A stretch of DNA of 32,000 nucleotides from Crocosphaera watsonii WH 8501 (GCF_050563455.1 NZ_CP191777.1:3603845-3635844); one strand, 5' to 3'. Positions 19,353 to 30,125 are shown, counted from the stretch's first letter. Translations and numbers: made by a program. The notes: generated by a model from the sequence alone, not told the origin.

Positions 19353-19384
19353 ACGGTAGAAGTTTCACTCTTCTGCCGTTTTTT
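19353..19384 (+). terminator. Rho-independent-like terminator after clpC
   Basis: ACGGTAGAAG-TTTCACT-CTTCTGCCGT followed by TTTTT; one G-U-type pair. Confidence 0.75.
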
Positions 19385-19418
19385 CTTGAATAGAGTAGTA
19401 AATAATTACCACAAAACT

Positions 19419-21059
19419 ATGGATTCTATTCGACTACAAAGATTACGTTGTTTATCAGATACCGGGGAAATTAAAATTAAACCCATTACGATACTTGTGG
19501 GAGAAAATAGTTCAGGGAAAAGTACCTTTTTGCGTTTCTTTCCTTTACTTAAGCAAAGTGTTGAGTCTAGAACCATTGGACCGGTTTTATGGAATGGTCG
19601 ATTAGTGGATTTCGGCAACTATAAAGATGCTCATCAAAAGCATTCTGAAGAGGATATTTGTTTAGAGTTTAAATTTGAAATTCCTTCCTTTCCAAAAAAT
19701 AATGCTTAAAAAAAAAATACAGACGAAGAAATAATATTCTGGTCAAGTAGAAGACCATTAATATTTAATCCCATTGATGTTTCTGTTATTTTACAGCTTT
19801 TAGAAGAGAAAAAACAACAGATTACTATAATACATAAATTGATCATAAAATTTGCCGATTCTGTAATTCAACTTGAAATAAACAAAGAGAATAAAATCTC
19901 TTGCTTTTTAGTAAATTCCTTTGATATTTTAGAAATGTTAGGTGATAAATATATTTTGTTTGATTTGGGTCATAAATTTATGTTACCGCAAGTAAGAGAA
20001 TTTTCAAATAATCAAGAGAAAATTCTCAACTTAGGAGTTTTGAACAGAGTCAATAGAACAAGATTTATTTTTCAACAATTATTCAGTAAACTTTTTCAAA
20101 TAACAAAAAATAAAGCCCATAAGTTTACATCAGAAACTACTATTTTCAAAATGATATCTTCATTTGTCATTGGAGATTCAGCAACTATGCTTCAAGATAT
20201 TAAAAATAATCCTTTTTCTACCAAAACTTGGAAGAAAAGCGTAAACTCATGGACAATAGAATCTAATGAATTTAGGCAATTTAGAGATTTAATTATCGCT
20301 AACTCAGTACCTTGGTTACTAGAAGAATGTGATGATTTATTAGCTAATTTTGCTACTAAAATTAGTTATATGGGTCCAGTTAGAGCAACAGCAGAGCGTT
20401 ACTATAGAACACAAGATTTAGCAGTAGATGAGGTAGATTATCAGGGAACTAATTTACCAATGTTTCTCCGAAATTTAACACATGGAGAATTGAAAGAATT
20501 TAGGACTTGGACACTTAATAATTTTGGTTTTGAACCTCTAATCACAACAAGTCAAGGATTAATTTCTTTAGAAATACGACCTTCTAAAGATTCTAAAGAA
20601 TCTTTTAATGTTGCTGATACAGGATTTGGTTTTTCTCAAATTTTGCCTATTATTACTCAGTTATGGTTTCTGAGTGAGTTTACTAAGACTTCTTCAAGAA
20701 TTCGTCCTCCTGGTTTCCGATATAATAGTCCTGTTATTTTCCCTATTGAACAGCCTGAATTACATTTACATCCCCGTTTACAAGGAGTTTTAGCTGAAGT
20801 ATTTGTTAAATCAATTGAAGCAGCAAAAGAAAGAGGGATTGATTTACGTTTAGTCATTGAAACCCATAGCGAAGTTCTAATTAATAAATTAGGATATCTG
20901 GTTGCAGAAAAACACATTTTACCAGAAGATATTAATATAGTATTATTTTATAAATCTGATCAATCTAAAGAAATAAAAGTCAGGACAAGTCAATTTGATT
21001 CTGAGGGTTATTTAAGCGAAGATTGGCCATTAGGATTTTTTGATATGGATCTTATTTAA
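19419..21059 (+). pseudogene. AAA/SMC-like ATPase (AAA_21/DUF3696-like) with in-frame stop; ORF pieces 19386-19709 and 19839-21059
   Basis: Walker A ITILVGENSSGKST. Late motifs VIFPIEQPELHLHPRLQGVLAEVF and LVIETHSEVLINKL. TAA at 19707-19709 is in the same frame as the downstream ORF. Confidence 0.75.
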
Positions 21060-21060
21060 T

Positions 21061-22196
21061 ATGTTGATTAAAATTGATGTTTCTGTTGTCCAGAGTTTTG
21101 AAAATTCTAATTCATGGCCAGATGATCTTATTATAGCTCTTGAAAATTTAGCACTTGCAAGACGTGAAGGCAAACATTCAATAATTGCAGATTTAAACAC
21201 TTTAAAAATAATTGCAAAATGTTCAGACTTATCTAAAAATGCCAAAATTTCTTATAAAAAAATATTAAATGACAGACCTAAATTTAAAGCTTATCTTTCC
21301 CATGTCTCTAGATATATTGAAATTATTCATCCTTGTAATGTTAATAAAATAGATTCTAATTCAGGAAAAGATATTATTAAATTACCTTACACTTTTTTCA
21401 ATGATTCAGAAACAATACAAAAATCTATACTGTTGTGTAAAAATTTACAAGATACTGAATTTTATAAAATAATCGCTGAAACTTTTTGTAAATGGAAACG
21501 ATTAAATATTAAACCAAAATTTGAACCATCCTTAGGAGGAGGAAATACAATATCAACTGTATATGAGAATATTCAAAATAAGAAAAAAAGATTGTGTCTA
21601 TGTATTGTTGATAGTGATAAGTTATCTCCTAATAGTAGTCTAGGTTCTACAGCTAGAAATATTAAACAAAAAGATGATAATACTTCCGTTACGACGCTAC
21701 TTTATATTTTACCCGTTCGTGAACTTGAAAACTTAATCCCTCTTTCAATTTTATCTGAACTTATGTCTAAAAATGGAGATAGAGAAAACCCTTTTAAACA
21801 ATTAGAAAAAATTGAAGAAAGTTCAGTAAAAGAAATACGAAATTTTTTAGATATCAAAGAAGGAACAAGACTAAAAAAATAGTTAATGAACCGAGTTCAG
21901 TCAAAGATTTTTGGAAAGATAAACTTGATAAACTGCCAAATTATTCCAATGATATTGATGAATGGTGTTATGAAAATTGGTCGTGTTGTGATCCTGATCC
22001 TAAGAAAAAATCATGTAAGTGTAAGATTTCATTAGGTTTTGGTCAAAAAATCCTAGAAAATACAATTACTTATCTCAATACTCAATCTTCATTTACAATT
22101 CCTTCTATGGTTGAAGAGTCTTTACATTCTGAATGGAAAAATATTGGACAACTTATGCTAAATTGGGGCTTCGCAGATTCTCCAATTCGTGTTTAA
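21061..22196 (+). pseudogene. Partner of the AAA ATPase, Toprim-like, with a 1-nt frameshift in a poly-A tract
   Basis: ORF to 21882 ends LDIKEGTRLKK*. One extra A in the A7 at 21873-21879 continues LKKIVNEPSSVKDFWKDKLDKLPNYSNDIDEWCYENWSCCDPDPKKKSCKCKISLGFGQKILENTITYLN...DSPIRV*. LCLCIVDSDKLSPNSSLGSTAR resembles Toprim-type acidic motifs. Confidence 0.6.
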
Positions 22197-22340
22197 TTAT
22201 TCATCGATTGACAATGTTATCAGGGGATCGCCAGTTTTAGTTATAACTAGGATTTGACTCAGCAAAGAAGTTATGGAAATGCTGTTAGAAGAGCAAAAAG
22301 AATCTTTGTAATACAGAGAATATATGAAAAAAAAGATTGC

Positions 22341-22460
22341 ACAAGATGCTTAAGGGAGAGAGACTAAACTCTCCAACCTTACCCACTACTTGAGATGTTT
22401 ATTCAGCATCTCTTCTAACTGTTGTTTGGTGATCGCTCCTTCCTGTTTGGCCAATAGTCC
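22341..22460 (-). repeat. Remnant duplicate of the thioredoxin gene 3' end
   Basis: About 120 bp closely matching 26430-26551, including CTCCAACCTTACCCACTACTTGAGATGTTTATT and AGCATCTCTTCTAACTG. Confidence 0.8.
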
Positions 22461-22853
22461 TTTTTAACAATTAACAATGGTCATTCCGAGGTACGAGGAA
22501 TCTCCTTAACTTCTTGATCATTATAGGTTTTTGTTATCTTCTATAATTGTTGATTAAGTGCTTTAACTAATAAATGTACTGTGGTTGATGGATTATCTTG
22601 ACCAGGATTAGATTTATGATATTGTTTCAGTAACTTTTCAGAATTTCTAATAGCAGTTTCTTGTCTATCCAATAACTCATCATAGATAGTATCACTATTT
22701 TTTGTGTACTGTTTACCTAATAATGTATTTAACTTCTTCAGGTACTCTTTTCGAGGAATAGGTGAATTTAAAAACTCAAAGTGTAAGACATACCATAACT
22801 CAAAAGCTTCGTTAGAATAAGCAACCTCAAATCCCTGCTTTTCAGCCTTATTT

Positions 22854-24546
22854 AGGGTTTGCTGAAAAAGTTTCTCCAAAATTTATGCCACTTTTGACCA
22901 AGAATTTTCTGACAAATCAATAAGTTTTAGTACATAAAAATTGTTTAAAGTATAATCAAAATTAATGAAAGGCGGTTTGATGAGTTCCCCTGTTCTATTA
23001 TTAGTAAATAAGGACAAAAAAAGCGACAAAAACTGCCTCAGAAGTTTACAAAGATTGACAACTAAAAATGTAATAGCAATAGATGTAATGGAGGTTTCAG
23101 GGAGTTTTGTCATCACGAGATTTAGGCTAAATCTTCGTTTAGCTTGTCCAAACTTTCCCTCAATAGCATTACGGAAGCATTCATCGGAGTGGGCTTGTTT
23201 CTTTTCTTCTTCACTGACATTTTTCGGAGGTCTTCCTAACTTCGGACCACTGATTCTTATCCCTCTTTCCTTACACCAATTTCTGTTTTCCCTAGTTCGA
23301 TAAATTTTATCTACATGGACGGATTCGGGATAATAGCCAAACGTTTCTTTATACTTTTCTACTTGTTCTTTTAAATGACAAGATTCATTGAAGTTTTCCC
23401 AACTTATTTTTTCTAGAAACACATAGTTATCTACACAGCTTACTGAGAGTTTAGCTCCAAACTCTATTGGTTTTCCTGCTTTTCCCCTCACTATTGGACG
23501 AATATGCGGTTGAGTTAAACTTACAATTCTTTGAGGAACACTCTGGGTCTTATTCTCCCACATTGACTGTTGTTGTTCATAAACTTTTTTGATAGTCTCT
23601 AGACAATTTTTCTGTCTTTTACTCAGATTTTCCAGGGAAGCCCCAGCTTGAATTAAGTCTTCTATATTTCCTAAATTTTTCTTAAGGTATTTTAACTGTT
23701 TCCCGATAGCTTTTCTTCTTTCTTGATAAGATACTTTTCGTTTTTTAGCTACTTTTAAGTATTCCTTTCTAGCAATTTTTCTAGAAGTTCTCGGCTTTTT
23801 TCTCAATTTTACTCTTAATGGTTTATAAAGATTATCTATTATTCTTTCTGTCTCAATTCTGGCTTGATTTAATATGCCTAAATCCGTTGGGTATTTGATG
23901 TCTGCTGGCGCACAAGTCGCATCTAAAATTAGTTTACCTTTATTTTTTATTTTTTCTCCTTTTTCTTGGAGACAATCCTTTTTTTTTACTTCTTTATCAC
24001 TCTTGTCTATTTCTCTTTTTACTATTTTTTTATTGATTTTGTTTATCAATTCTCCATCAATTCTTTTCCTAAAATGAACTAGCATTGAAGATTCCAGTGG
24101 TGGCTCTTGTTGATAACAATTTAAACCTATAAAGTATTGTAGATAAGGATTTTCTCTAATCTGTTCTATAGTTTCTCTATCACTTGTTCCTAATTTTTCC
24201 TTAATAATTAATGTCCCTAATGCCATTCTAAATAGTTTGGCTGGCGCACCTTTTTCTGCTGAAAAAAGTTTAGCATATTCTTCCTCAAAATCATCCCAAG
24301 GTATCAACTCTGCCATGATTACCCAACGATTATTGGGGGACAATTTGCCCTCGAAAGGTAATTCAAATTTTTCTGGGGGCGGTAAAGGTTGCTCCTCTTT
24401 TCGATACATTTGTTCTTGACCAACAACTGGGAGGTGTTTCTACCAATTATAGCGGTTTGTAGCCGACAAAGCTGATCTTTTTTGCGATCGCGAATATGGG
24501 TGTAACCTTTTAAAGAATAGGGTTTTGCTTTTATTCAGCAAACCCT
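22854..24546 (-). mobile_element. IS element copy 3 (1693 bp) with 4-bp direct repeat ATTT
   Basis: ATTT at 22850-22853 and 24547-24550; same terminal inverted repeats as copies 1 and 2. Confidence 0.93.
22883..24409 (-). CDS. 508-aa transposase, IS copy 3
   Basis: Near-identical to 1246-2772 and 7767-9293. Confidence 0.85.
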   Translation of the reverse strand: MYRKEEQPLPPPEKFELPFEGKLSPNNRWVIMAELIPWDDFEEEYAKLFSAEKGAPAKLFRMALGTLIIKEKLGTSDRETIEQIRENPYLQYFIGLNCYQQEPPLESSMLVHFRKRIDGELINKINKKIVKREIDKSDKEVKKKDCLQEKGEKIKNKGKLILDATCAPADIKYPTDLGILNQARIETERIIDNLYKPLRVKLRKKPRTSRKIARKEYLKVAKKRKVSYQERRKAIGKQLKYLKKNLGNIEDLIQAGASLENLSKRQKNCLETIKKVYEQQQSMWENKTQSVPQRIVSLTQPHIRPIVRGKAGKPIEFGAKLSVSCVDNYVFLEKISWENFNESCHLKEQVEKYKETFGYYPESVHVDKIYRTRENRNWCKERGIRISGPKLGRPPKNVSEEEKKQAHSDECFRNAIEGKFGQAKRRFSLNLVMTKLPETSITSIAITFLVVNLCKLLRQFLSLFLSLFTNNRTGELIKPPFINFDYTLNNFYVLKLIDLSENSWSKVA

Positions 24547-24801
24547 ATTTATTGTACTGTTAAAGTTTTGAAAATTATCTTTATCAAAAACACACCAAAC
24601 TTGATCATAGTCATCTTCTTTTTTATATTCAATTGTTTTATTTACTAAGATATCAGGATCTTTGTTCAATCCTTTAACTTTTATAACCTTACGAGGAACA
24701 CGAAAACACTCAAAGTAGTTTTTTCTGTTTCTTCTCCTCCACAAACAATTAAAAATAGTTGTTTAGGCTCTCTTGTGTTTTTCTTTCGACTTGAATATCC
24801 T

Positions 24802-26106
24802 CTAGGATTTCTCTCTGTTTTCGCCATTAGAATTAATTAGTGTAGTTAAATCTCCAATATAGGGTATTGCACCATATCGACCTTTGATGTAATCATTTTC
24901 AAAGGCAGCATCATCACTAATTTTATATTCTACTAAAGAATATAAATCACTTGCACCATATCTATCTTTTTCAGTAAACCAGATTTGATCCCTACGAAAA
25001 AGTTTAGGACTGAGTAAGTTTGTGTCATGAGTCATCACAATTAGTTGACCATTATTAGGGTTGGTTTCATTAGAGTTAAACAATTCAATAATAGTACGAC
25101 TAATTAAAGGATGTAATCTTGCATCAAATTCATCAATTACCAAAGTTTGACTATTTTTTAAAGTATCAAAAAGTGGTCCAGCTAAAGCAAAAGCTTTCTG
25201 CGTACCCTCGGATTCATCTTCTGTAAAATCAAAGGTTTCAGTAGAGATAAACTTATTCTCAGAATCAAATTTACGATGTTTGGTTGTAATCAAAGTTCCT
25301 TTTCCTCCTGAGTCTCTAAGTATCATTTTTCTAAATTCTTGAGGTAAATCATCAGAAAGTTGATCTTCAGTAACTTCTATTTGAGTAACGTTAATGTCAT
25401 CAATTCCTAAATCTAGCTTTTTAATTAAGTTGATGATTTCGTTTTTATTTTCATTCTCCATTAAACACTTTACTGTAAAAGAACGATAAGAAGAATCATT
25501 TAAACCAGAAATCACCTGTAATGAATTAGTTAACCAGTTAAGAATATCTTCCGCAATTTTAATATTAAACTGAGCAGATACAGATAAGAAAAGAGCATTA
25601 TCTCTTGTCAGTTTTTCAACTCCATTTGCTTGATATCTCTTAATAGTGTTTATTTGACCTTCTTTTCTCTCAAAAAGCTTGCTTTCCCTAACATTGGGAA
25701 TGTAATATAACCATTCTGAGACAATTTTTTTTGTAGTTGCTTCAAACCCGTAACGATATTTAATCCCATCCAATAAAAAAACAATTTCAAAGAAAGAAGG
25801 ATTATTCTCAGTTTCAAGACTCAATCTAAAAGGTTCTATGTCTATATCATCTGTGCTTTGAGTCTGTCTAGATGAATTAATCATAAACCATTTCATAAAA
25901 GCTAAAGCTTTAATGAGATTACTTTTTCCACTAGCATTTGCATCATAAATAGCAGCACTTTTGAGCAATTTTAAATCATCATCAACAGCAAAAAGATTAT
26001 CATTATGAATAGTATTATTATCAGCAGTAAGATCGGCCGCTACCATACTAAAAGTAACAACATCTTTAAATGATCTATAATTTCCTACACTGAATTCAAT
26101 TAACAT
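24802..26106 (-). CDS. RloA / AbiL-like AAA family ATPase
   Basis: MLIEFSVGNYRSFKDVVTFSMVA, IYDANASGKSNLIKALAFMKWF, TLVIDEFDARLHPLISRTIIELFN, GQLIVMTHDTNLL. Adjacent to the RloB-like gene with overlapping ends. Confidence 0.82.
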   Translation of the reverse strand: MLIEFSVGNYRSFKDVVTFSMVAADLTADNNTIHNDNLFAVDDDLKLLKSAAIYDANASGKSNLIKALAFMKWFMINSSRQTQSTDDIDIEPFRLSLETENNPSFFEIVFLLDGIKYRYGFEATTKKIVSEWLYYIPNVRESKLFERKEGQINTIKRYQANGVEKLTRDNALFLSVSAQFNIKIAEDILNWLTNSLQVISGLNDSSYRSFTVKCLMENENKNEIINLIKKLDLGIDDINVTQIEVTEDQLSDDLPQEFRKMILRDSGGKGTLITTKHRKFDSENKFISTETFDFTEDESEGTQKAFALAGPLFDTLKNSQTLVIDEFDARLHPLISRTIIELFNSNETNPNNGQLIVMTHDTNLLSPKLFRRDQIWFTEKDRYGASDLYSLVEYKISDDAAFENDYIKGRYGAIPYIGDLTTLINSNGENREKS

Positions 26107-26475
26107 TAAGTAAGTTTTTGCTATCTAATAAGACTAGAAAGACAAGAGCAATTTCCTCGCTTAAGCATAACAGACAATGGACGCTTTAATACAATCAATC
26201 TGTGCTTAAGTTCATTAAACCATGATAAATAAGACTTGCACCTTGAAATTTATGATAATACCAATTTCTTAAAGTAGGGGTTAACGCTTTGACTGCGCTC
26301 AGCGTTAAACCCTGCAATATAAAGTTATGTAGTCTAAGGTTATTTCTGATAAAAGAGATTCCTTATGTAGATGCTAAATAAGACTAAAATACGACTCTAA
26401 ACTGTAGTTCAAAAGCTTAAACTGTATTGTACAAAATGCTTAAGGGGGAGAGATTGAACTCTCCAACCTTACCCA

Positions 26476-26802
26476 CTACTTGAGATGTTTATTAAGCATC
26501 TCTTCTAACTGTGGTCTGGTGATCGCTCCTTCGTGTTTGGCCAATAGTTCCTTATTCTTATATAGTCGTAAAGCAGGAACACCCTCTACTTTGCACTTTG
26601 TCCGTGCATTGGGGTTGGGGTCAACCTCTAATTTAACTACTTTAAGACTATCGCTATAGCTATCAGCAATCTTACTAACAGAAGGAGAAACCAAACGACA
26701 TGGACCACACCAAGAAGCCCAAAAATAGACTAATACAGGGGTTTGTGTTTCAAACACTTCTGCATCAAATTGAGGATCTGTAATTTCGAGAACACTACTC
26801 AT
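26476..26802 (-). CDS. trxA: Thioredoxin
   Basis: PVLVYFWASWCGPCRLVSPSVSKIA...KLEVDPNPNARTKCKVEGVPALRLYKN. Confidence 0.93.
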   Translation of the reverse strand: MSSVLEITDPQFDAEVFETQTPVLVYFWASWCGPCRLVSPSVSKIADSYSDSLKVVKLEVDPNPNARTKCKVEGVPALRLYKNKELLAKHEGAITRPQLEEMLNKHLK

Positions 26803-26865
26803 AGTTTAGTTATCAGTGATCAATGATTCCGTTACCAGTTAATAGCTTACAGGGTTTGCTTACCT

Positions 26866-27639
26866 TTAGAGATTATCCAGTTGACGGCGTAAGTCATCTA
26901 ATTCTGCATCAACTGCACTATCTTTAGGAGTCGCTTTATCCTCAGTTGATCCTTCTGGTAAAGCGGCTTTTGGTTCAGCAGATCCCGTCATTTGGGCTTT
27001 CAGCATAGCCAGTTCATCTTCTACACCGCTTCCGGCTTCCAGTTCAGCAAATTGATTTTCTAGACTCGATCCCCCTATTTCTCCTACTGCTTGGGAACGG
27101 GCTTCCATATCTAAGACCTTGTTTTCCATGCGCTCAAAAGCAGCCATAGAACCACTGGTATTCAGACCACTCATGGTTGATTGTAGTGCTTCGTTAGCCT
27201 TAGCAGCCTTAGCCCTAGAAACGAGCATATCTTTCTTGGTCTTAGCCTCAGCAATTTTGCTTTCTAAGGCCGTTAAATTACGGCGCATGGTTTCAATTTG
27301 AGCATTTTGCTGATCCAATTGTTCCTTGAGGGTGGTGGCGGTGTCTGTGAAAGATTTTTTCCGAACTAAGGCTTCTCTAGCTAGAGTTTCCTCTCCTTTG
27401 GATAGAGCTAATTTTGCCCGTTGTTCCCAGCTATTAGCTTCTTGGAGAGCTTTTGTGTATTGTCCTTCGGTTCGTTTTTGAGAACCCATAGTTTGGGCAA
27501 AAGCTTGTTTTAACTCGATCAAGTCTTTGCCCATATCCTCAATGGTTTGTTCTAAGATTTTTTCAGGATCTTCTGCTTTGCTAACAAGATCGTTGAGGTT
27601 GGCTCTGACAACTCGGCCTAGGCGATCAAATAATCCCAT
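26866..27639 (-). CDS. vipp1: PspA/IM30 family protein (Vipp1-like)
   Basis: MGLFDRLGRVVRANLNDLVSKAEDPEKILEQTIEDMGKDLIELKQAFAQTMGSQKR; coiled coil with C-terminal extension. Confidence 0.88.
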   Translation of the reverse strand: MGLFDRLGRVVRANLNDLVSKAEDPEKILEQTIEDMGKDLIELKQAFAQTMGSQKRTEGQYTKALQEANSWEQRAKLALSKGEETLAREALVRKKSFTDTATTLKEQLDQQNAQIETMRRNLTALESKIAEAKTKKDMLVSRAKAAKANEALQSTMSGLNTSGSMAAFERMENKVLDMEARSQAVGEIGGSSLENQFAELEAGSGVEDELAMLKAQMTGSAEPKAALPEGSTEDKATPKDSAVDAELDDLRRQLDNL

Positions 27640-27818
27640 AATACTTTTTGTCCTCTTGGTGTGTACAAGGTTGAGTTTAAGGTTTCAAGTTAAAATGACG
27701 TTGTTATACCCGTCAAGTTAGACGTTCTTGTATTCTAGTGTATCAAACACAAGACAGGACGCAGAAACTTGGCTTCAGAGTGAGGAGTTAGGGTTTTGGG
27801 GTTCGGATTCATAAATTT

Positions 27819-29057
27819 TCAAGCCTTTACTAACTTGATAAACTTCTTTTTACCCACTTGTAAAACTTTACCTGAGAGTTGTTCTGATTGCTCAAAGGTT
27901 ATATTAACATCGGTAATTTTTTCTCCGTCTAAACGAACTGCACCCCCTTGTATTTGTCGTCTGCCGTCCCCACTACTTCCACAGAGTCCACTGGCACTTA
28001 AAATGTAGAATAATTTAGCCGGAAATTCTACTTTTGATAAGTCATATTCGGGTACAGCATCCGTTGCACCAGTGCCTTTATTTTTTACTAAATCTTCGGC
28101 GGTTTTTTGTGCAGTTACGGCTGCTTGTTTGCCGTGAAATTGTGAGACAATTTCTAGGGCTAATAACTTTTGAGATTCACGAGGGTTTTCTGGCAATTCC
28201 TCTAAGGGTAAATTGGTTAAGAGTTCAAAATATTCTTTAATAATAGCATCGGGGGTTTTTTCTAGTTTAGAATACATTGATAACTCATCTTCTTTTAATC
28301 CCACGTAGTTATTGAGAGATTTTGACATTTTTTGGCTGCCATCTGTACCTCGTAAAATTGGTAATAATAATCCAAACTGAGGTTTCTTGCCAAAGTGTCT
28401 TTGTAAGTCTCTACCAACGGCAATATTAAACTTTTGATCCGTTCCACCTAATTCTACATCGGCATCGATCATCACCGAGTCATATCCCTGCATTAAGGGG
28501 TAGAGAAATTCGTGGAGAAAAATAGGATTTTCTTGTTTATAACGTTCAGCGAATCCCTCTTTAGCCAACATTTGTCCTACGGTCATAGTGGCTAAAAGTT
28601 CTTGAATTTTTGCTAAGTTTAGCTCACTTAACCATTCAGAATTATAACGAATTTCTAATCTTCCTGGTGTTTCAAAATCTAAGATAGGACGTAGTTGCTC
28701 TAAATAACTTTCGGCGTTTTTTCTCACAGCTTCAGAAGTCAATTGTTTACGAACTTCTGACTTACCAGTGGGATCACCAATTTGTGCGGTAAAATCTCCG
28801 ATAATGACCACTGCAGTATGACCAGCATCTTGAAACCCCCGTAACTTACGAAAAGGGATACTATGACCTAGATGAATATCGGTTCCAGTGGGATCAATTC
28901 CTAATTTAATCCTCAAAGGACGATGGCATTTTTCTATCAATTTCTCTAAGTTTTCTTCGGGGTTATTCGATTCAGGTTGACTGGGAAATATCTCGCTGGT
29001 TCCTCGATATAACCAATTGAAAGAGTCAGGAATCATGACTGATGACATGGTAGACAA
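27819..29057 (-). CDS. tyrS: Tyrosyl-tRNA synthetase
   Basis: [53 protein letters not shown]; [12 protein letters not shown]; C-terminal S4-like domain. Confidence 0.95.
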   Translation of the reverse strand: MSTMSSVMIPDSFNWLYRGTSEIFPSQPESNNPEENLEKLIEKCHRPLRIKLGIDPTGTDIHLGHSIPFRKLRGFQDAGHTAVVIIGDFTAQIGDPTGKSEVRKQLTSEAVRKNAESYLEQLRPILDFETPGRLEIRYNSEWLSELNLAKIQELLATMTVGQMLAKEGFAERYKQENPIFLHEFLYPLMQGYDSVMIDADVELGGTDQKFNIAVGRDLQRHFGKKPQFGLLLPILRGTDGSQKMSKSLNNYVGLKEDELSMYSKLEKTPDAIIKEYFELLTNLPLEELPENPRESQKLLALEIVSQFHGKQAAVTAQKTAEDLVKNKGTGATDAVPEYDLSKVEFPAKLFYILSASGLCGSSGDGRRQIQGGAVRLDGEKITDVNITFEQSEQLSGKVLQVGKKKFIKLVKA

Positions 29058-29269
29058 ATAAGAATTGATTGTTTGATAAGATACTCTTTATTTTAGCAGA
29101 TTTTACCCTCTGCTTATCACATTTGCTAGAAGTTTCTCGGTAAGAGTTCTTAGGGGATTCTGTAATATCCATGAATAAAAGATAAAAATTTTTCTATGAT
29201 CTTTCCCAGGTCTTTTTATTTTTGTTAAGCTATAATAGTGTTTAATCATCGTTATTACTGAGGATAATC

Positions 29270-29467
29270 ATGACGACAGAAAGAGAATACCAAGAAGGAC
29301 AAAGACGAATTAGAAAACTAAGAAGACAGAAACCAAAAAATAATAATCAGTTTCTCTGGTTTGTGGTGGGAATTATTGTTTTTGTTGGCTTAATTATAGT
29401 TCAATCTTCTCGAAATCGCTCTCCAGAAAACCTTCTTCCTGCAACCTCAGATAAAATTAGTCAATAA
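29270..29467 (+). CDS. Small hypothetical membrane protein
   Basis: 65-aa ORF with basic N-terminus and one TM segment (FLWFVVGIIVFVGLIIV). Confidence 0.5.
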   Translation: MTTEREYQEGQRRIRKLRRQKPKNNNQFLWFVVGIIVFVGLIIVQSSRNRSPENLLPATSDKISQ

Positions 29468-29690
29468 CTTAGAGATTTTTTGACTTGTAATAAACTTTTT
29501 TAAGTTACACCAGTCAACTAAATTTATTATAATAACTTAAGAAAAAACTTAAGCTTTATTTTACGGAGTAAGCAGTAGACATAGGATAACCTAAAATTAT
29601 AGTATGTGGATACGTAATTTAATCGTCTTCAAAAAAGAGACCATAATTGTTATCCTTGTAAGTTTACTTCTTCTCCTCAAAAGGTAAAAT

Positions 29691-30125
29691 ATGAGAGCAC
29701 TTGACAGAGAAAAAACCAATGCTTTGCTCAACACCATCATGGAATATGAATTAGCCGGTGTTGTTCGCTACACTCATTATTCTTTGATGGTAACAGGACC
29801 CCATCGTCTTCCTATTGTACAATTTTTTCAACAACAGGCTACAGAATCCTTACTTCATGCTCAACAAGTGGGAGAAATTTTGACTGGTTTAGAAGGCCAT
29901 CCTAGCTTAAACATTGCTCCTATGGAAGAAACTAATGAGCATAGTTTGAAGAATATTTTAGAAGAAAGTCTCAACCACGAAAAGAAAGCCTTAGATTTAT
30001 ATAAAGACTTATTAGATGTGGTGGAAGATGCTTCTATTTATATCGAAGAATTTGCACGGGGAATGATTGGGCAAGAAGAAGTCCATAACATAGAATTGAA
30101 GAAAATGTTACGGGATTATGTTTAA
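29691..30125 (+). CDS. Bacterioferritin/ferritin-like protein
   Basis: ALLNTIMEYELAGVVRYTHYSLMV...ESLLHAQQVGEILTGLEGHPSL...EKKALDLYKDLL. Confidence 0.8.
   Translation: MRALDREKTNALLNTIMEYELAGVVRYTHYSLMVTGPHRLPIVQFFQQQATESLLHAQQVGEILTGLEGHPSLNIAPMEETNEHSLKNILEESLNHEKKALDLYKDLLDVVEDASIYIEEFARGMIGQEEVHNIELKKMLRDYV

Larger units (their letters stand above)
22541..24827 (-). pseudogene. RloB-like protein interrupted by IS copy 3 and a 1-nt frameshift
   Basis: Joining across the IS gives FDKDNFQNFNSTINKAEKQGFEVAYSNEAFELWYVLHFEFL in frame. The N-terminus MAKTERNPRGYSSRKKNTREPKQLFLIVCGGEETEK needs one more A (T6 on + strand at 24719-24724) to read NYFECFRVPRKVI. Confidence 0.82.

Noticed and set aside
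22201-22340. Possible small coding tail LSKEVMEMLLEEQKESL* between the Toprim-like gene and the trx remnant
   Set aside because: Too short, no start or upstream context, and no partner, so it cannot be supported as a gene.
26866-28240. Plus-strand ORFs across vipp1 and tyrS (27119-27301, 27527-27721, 27796-28008, 28034-28240)
   Set aside because: Antisense or overlapping shadows of conserved genes.
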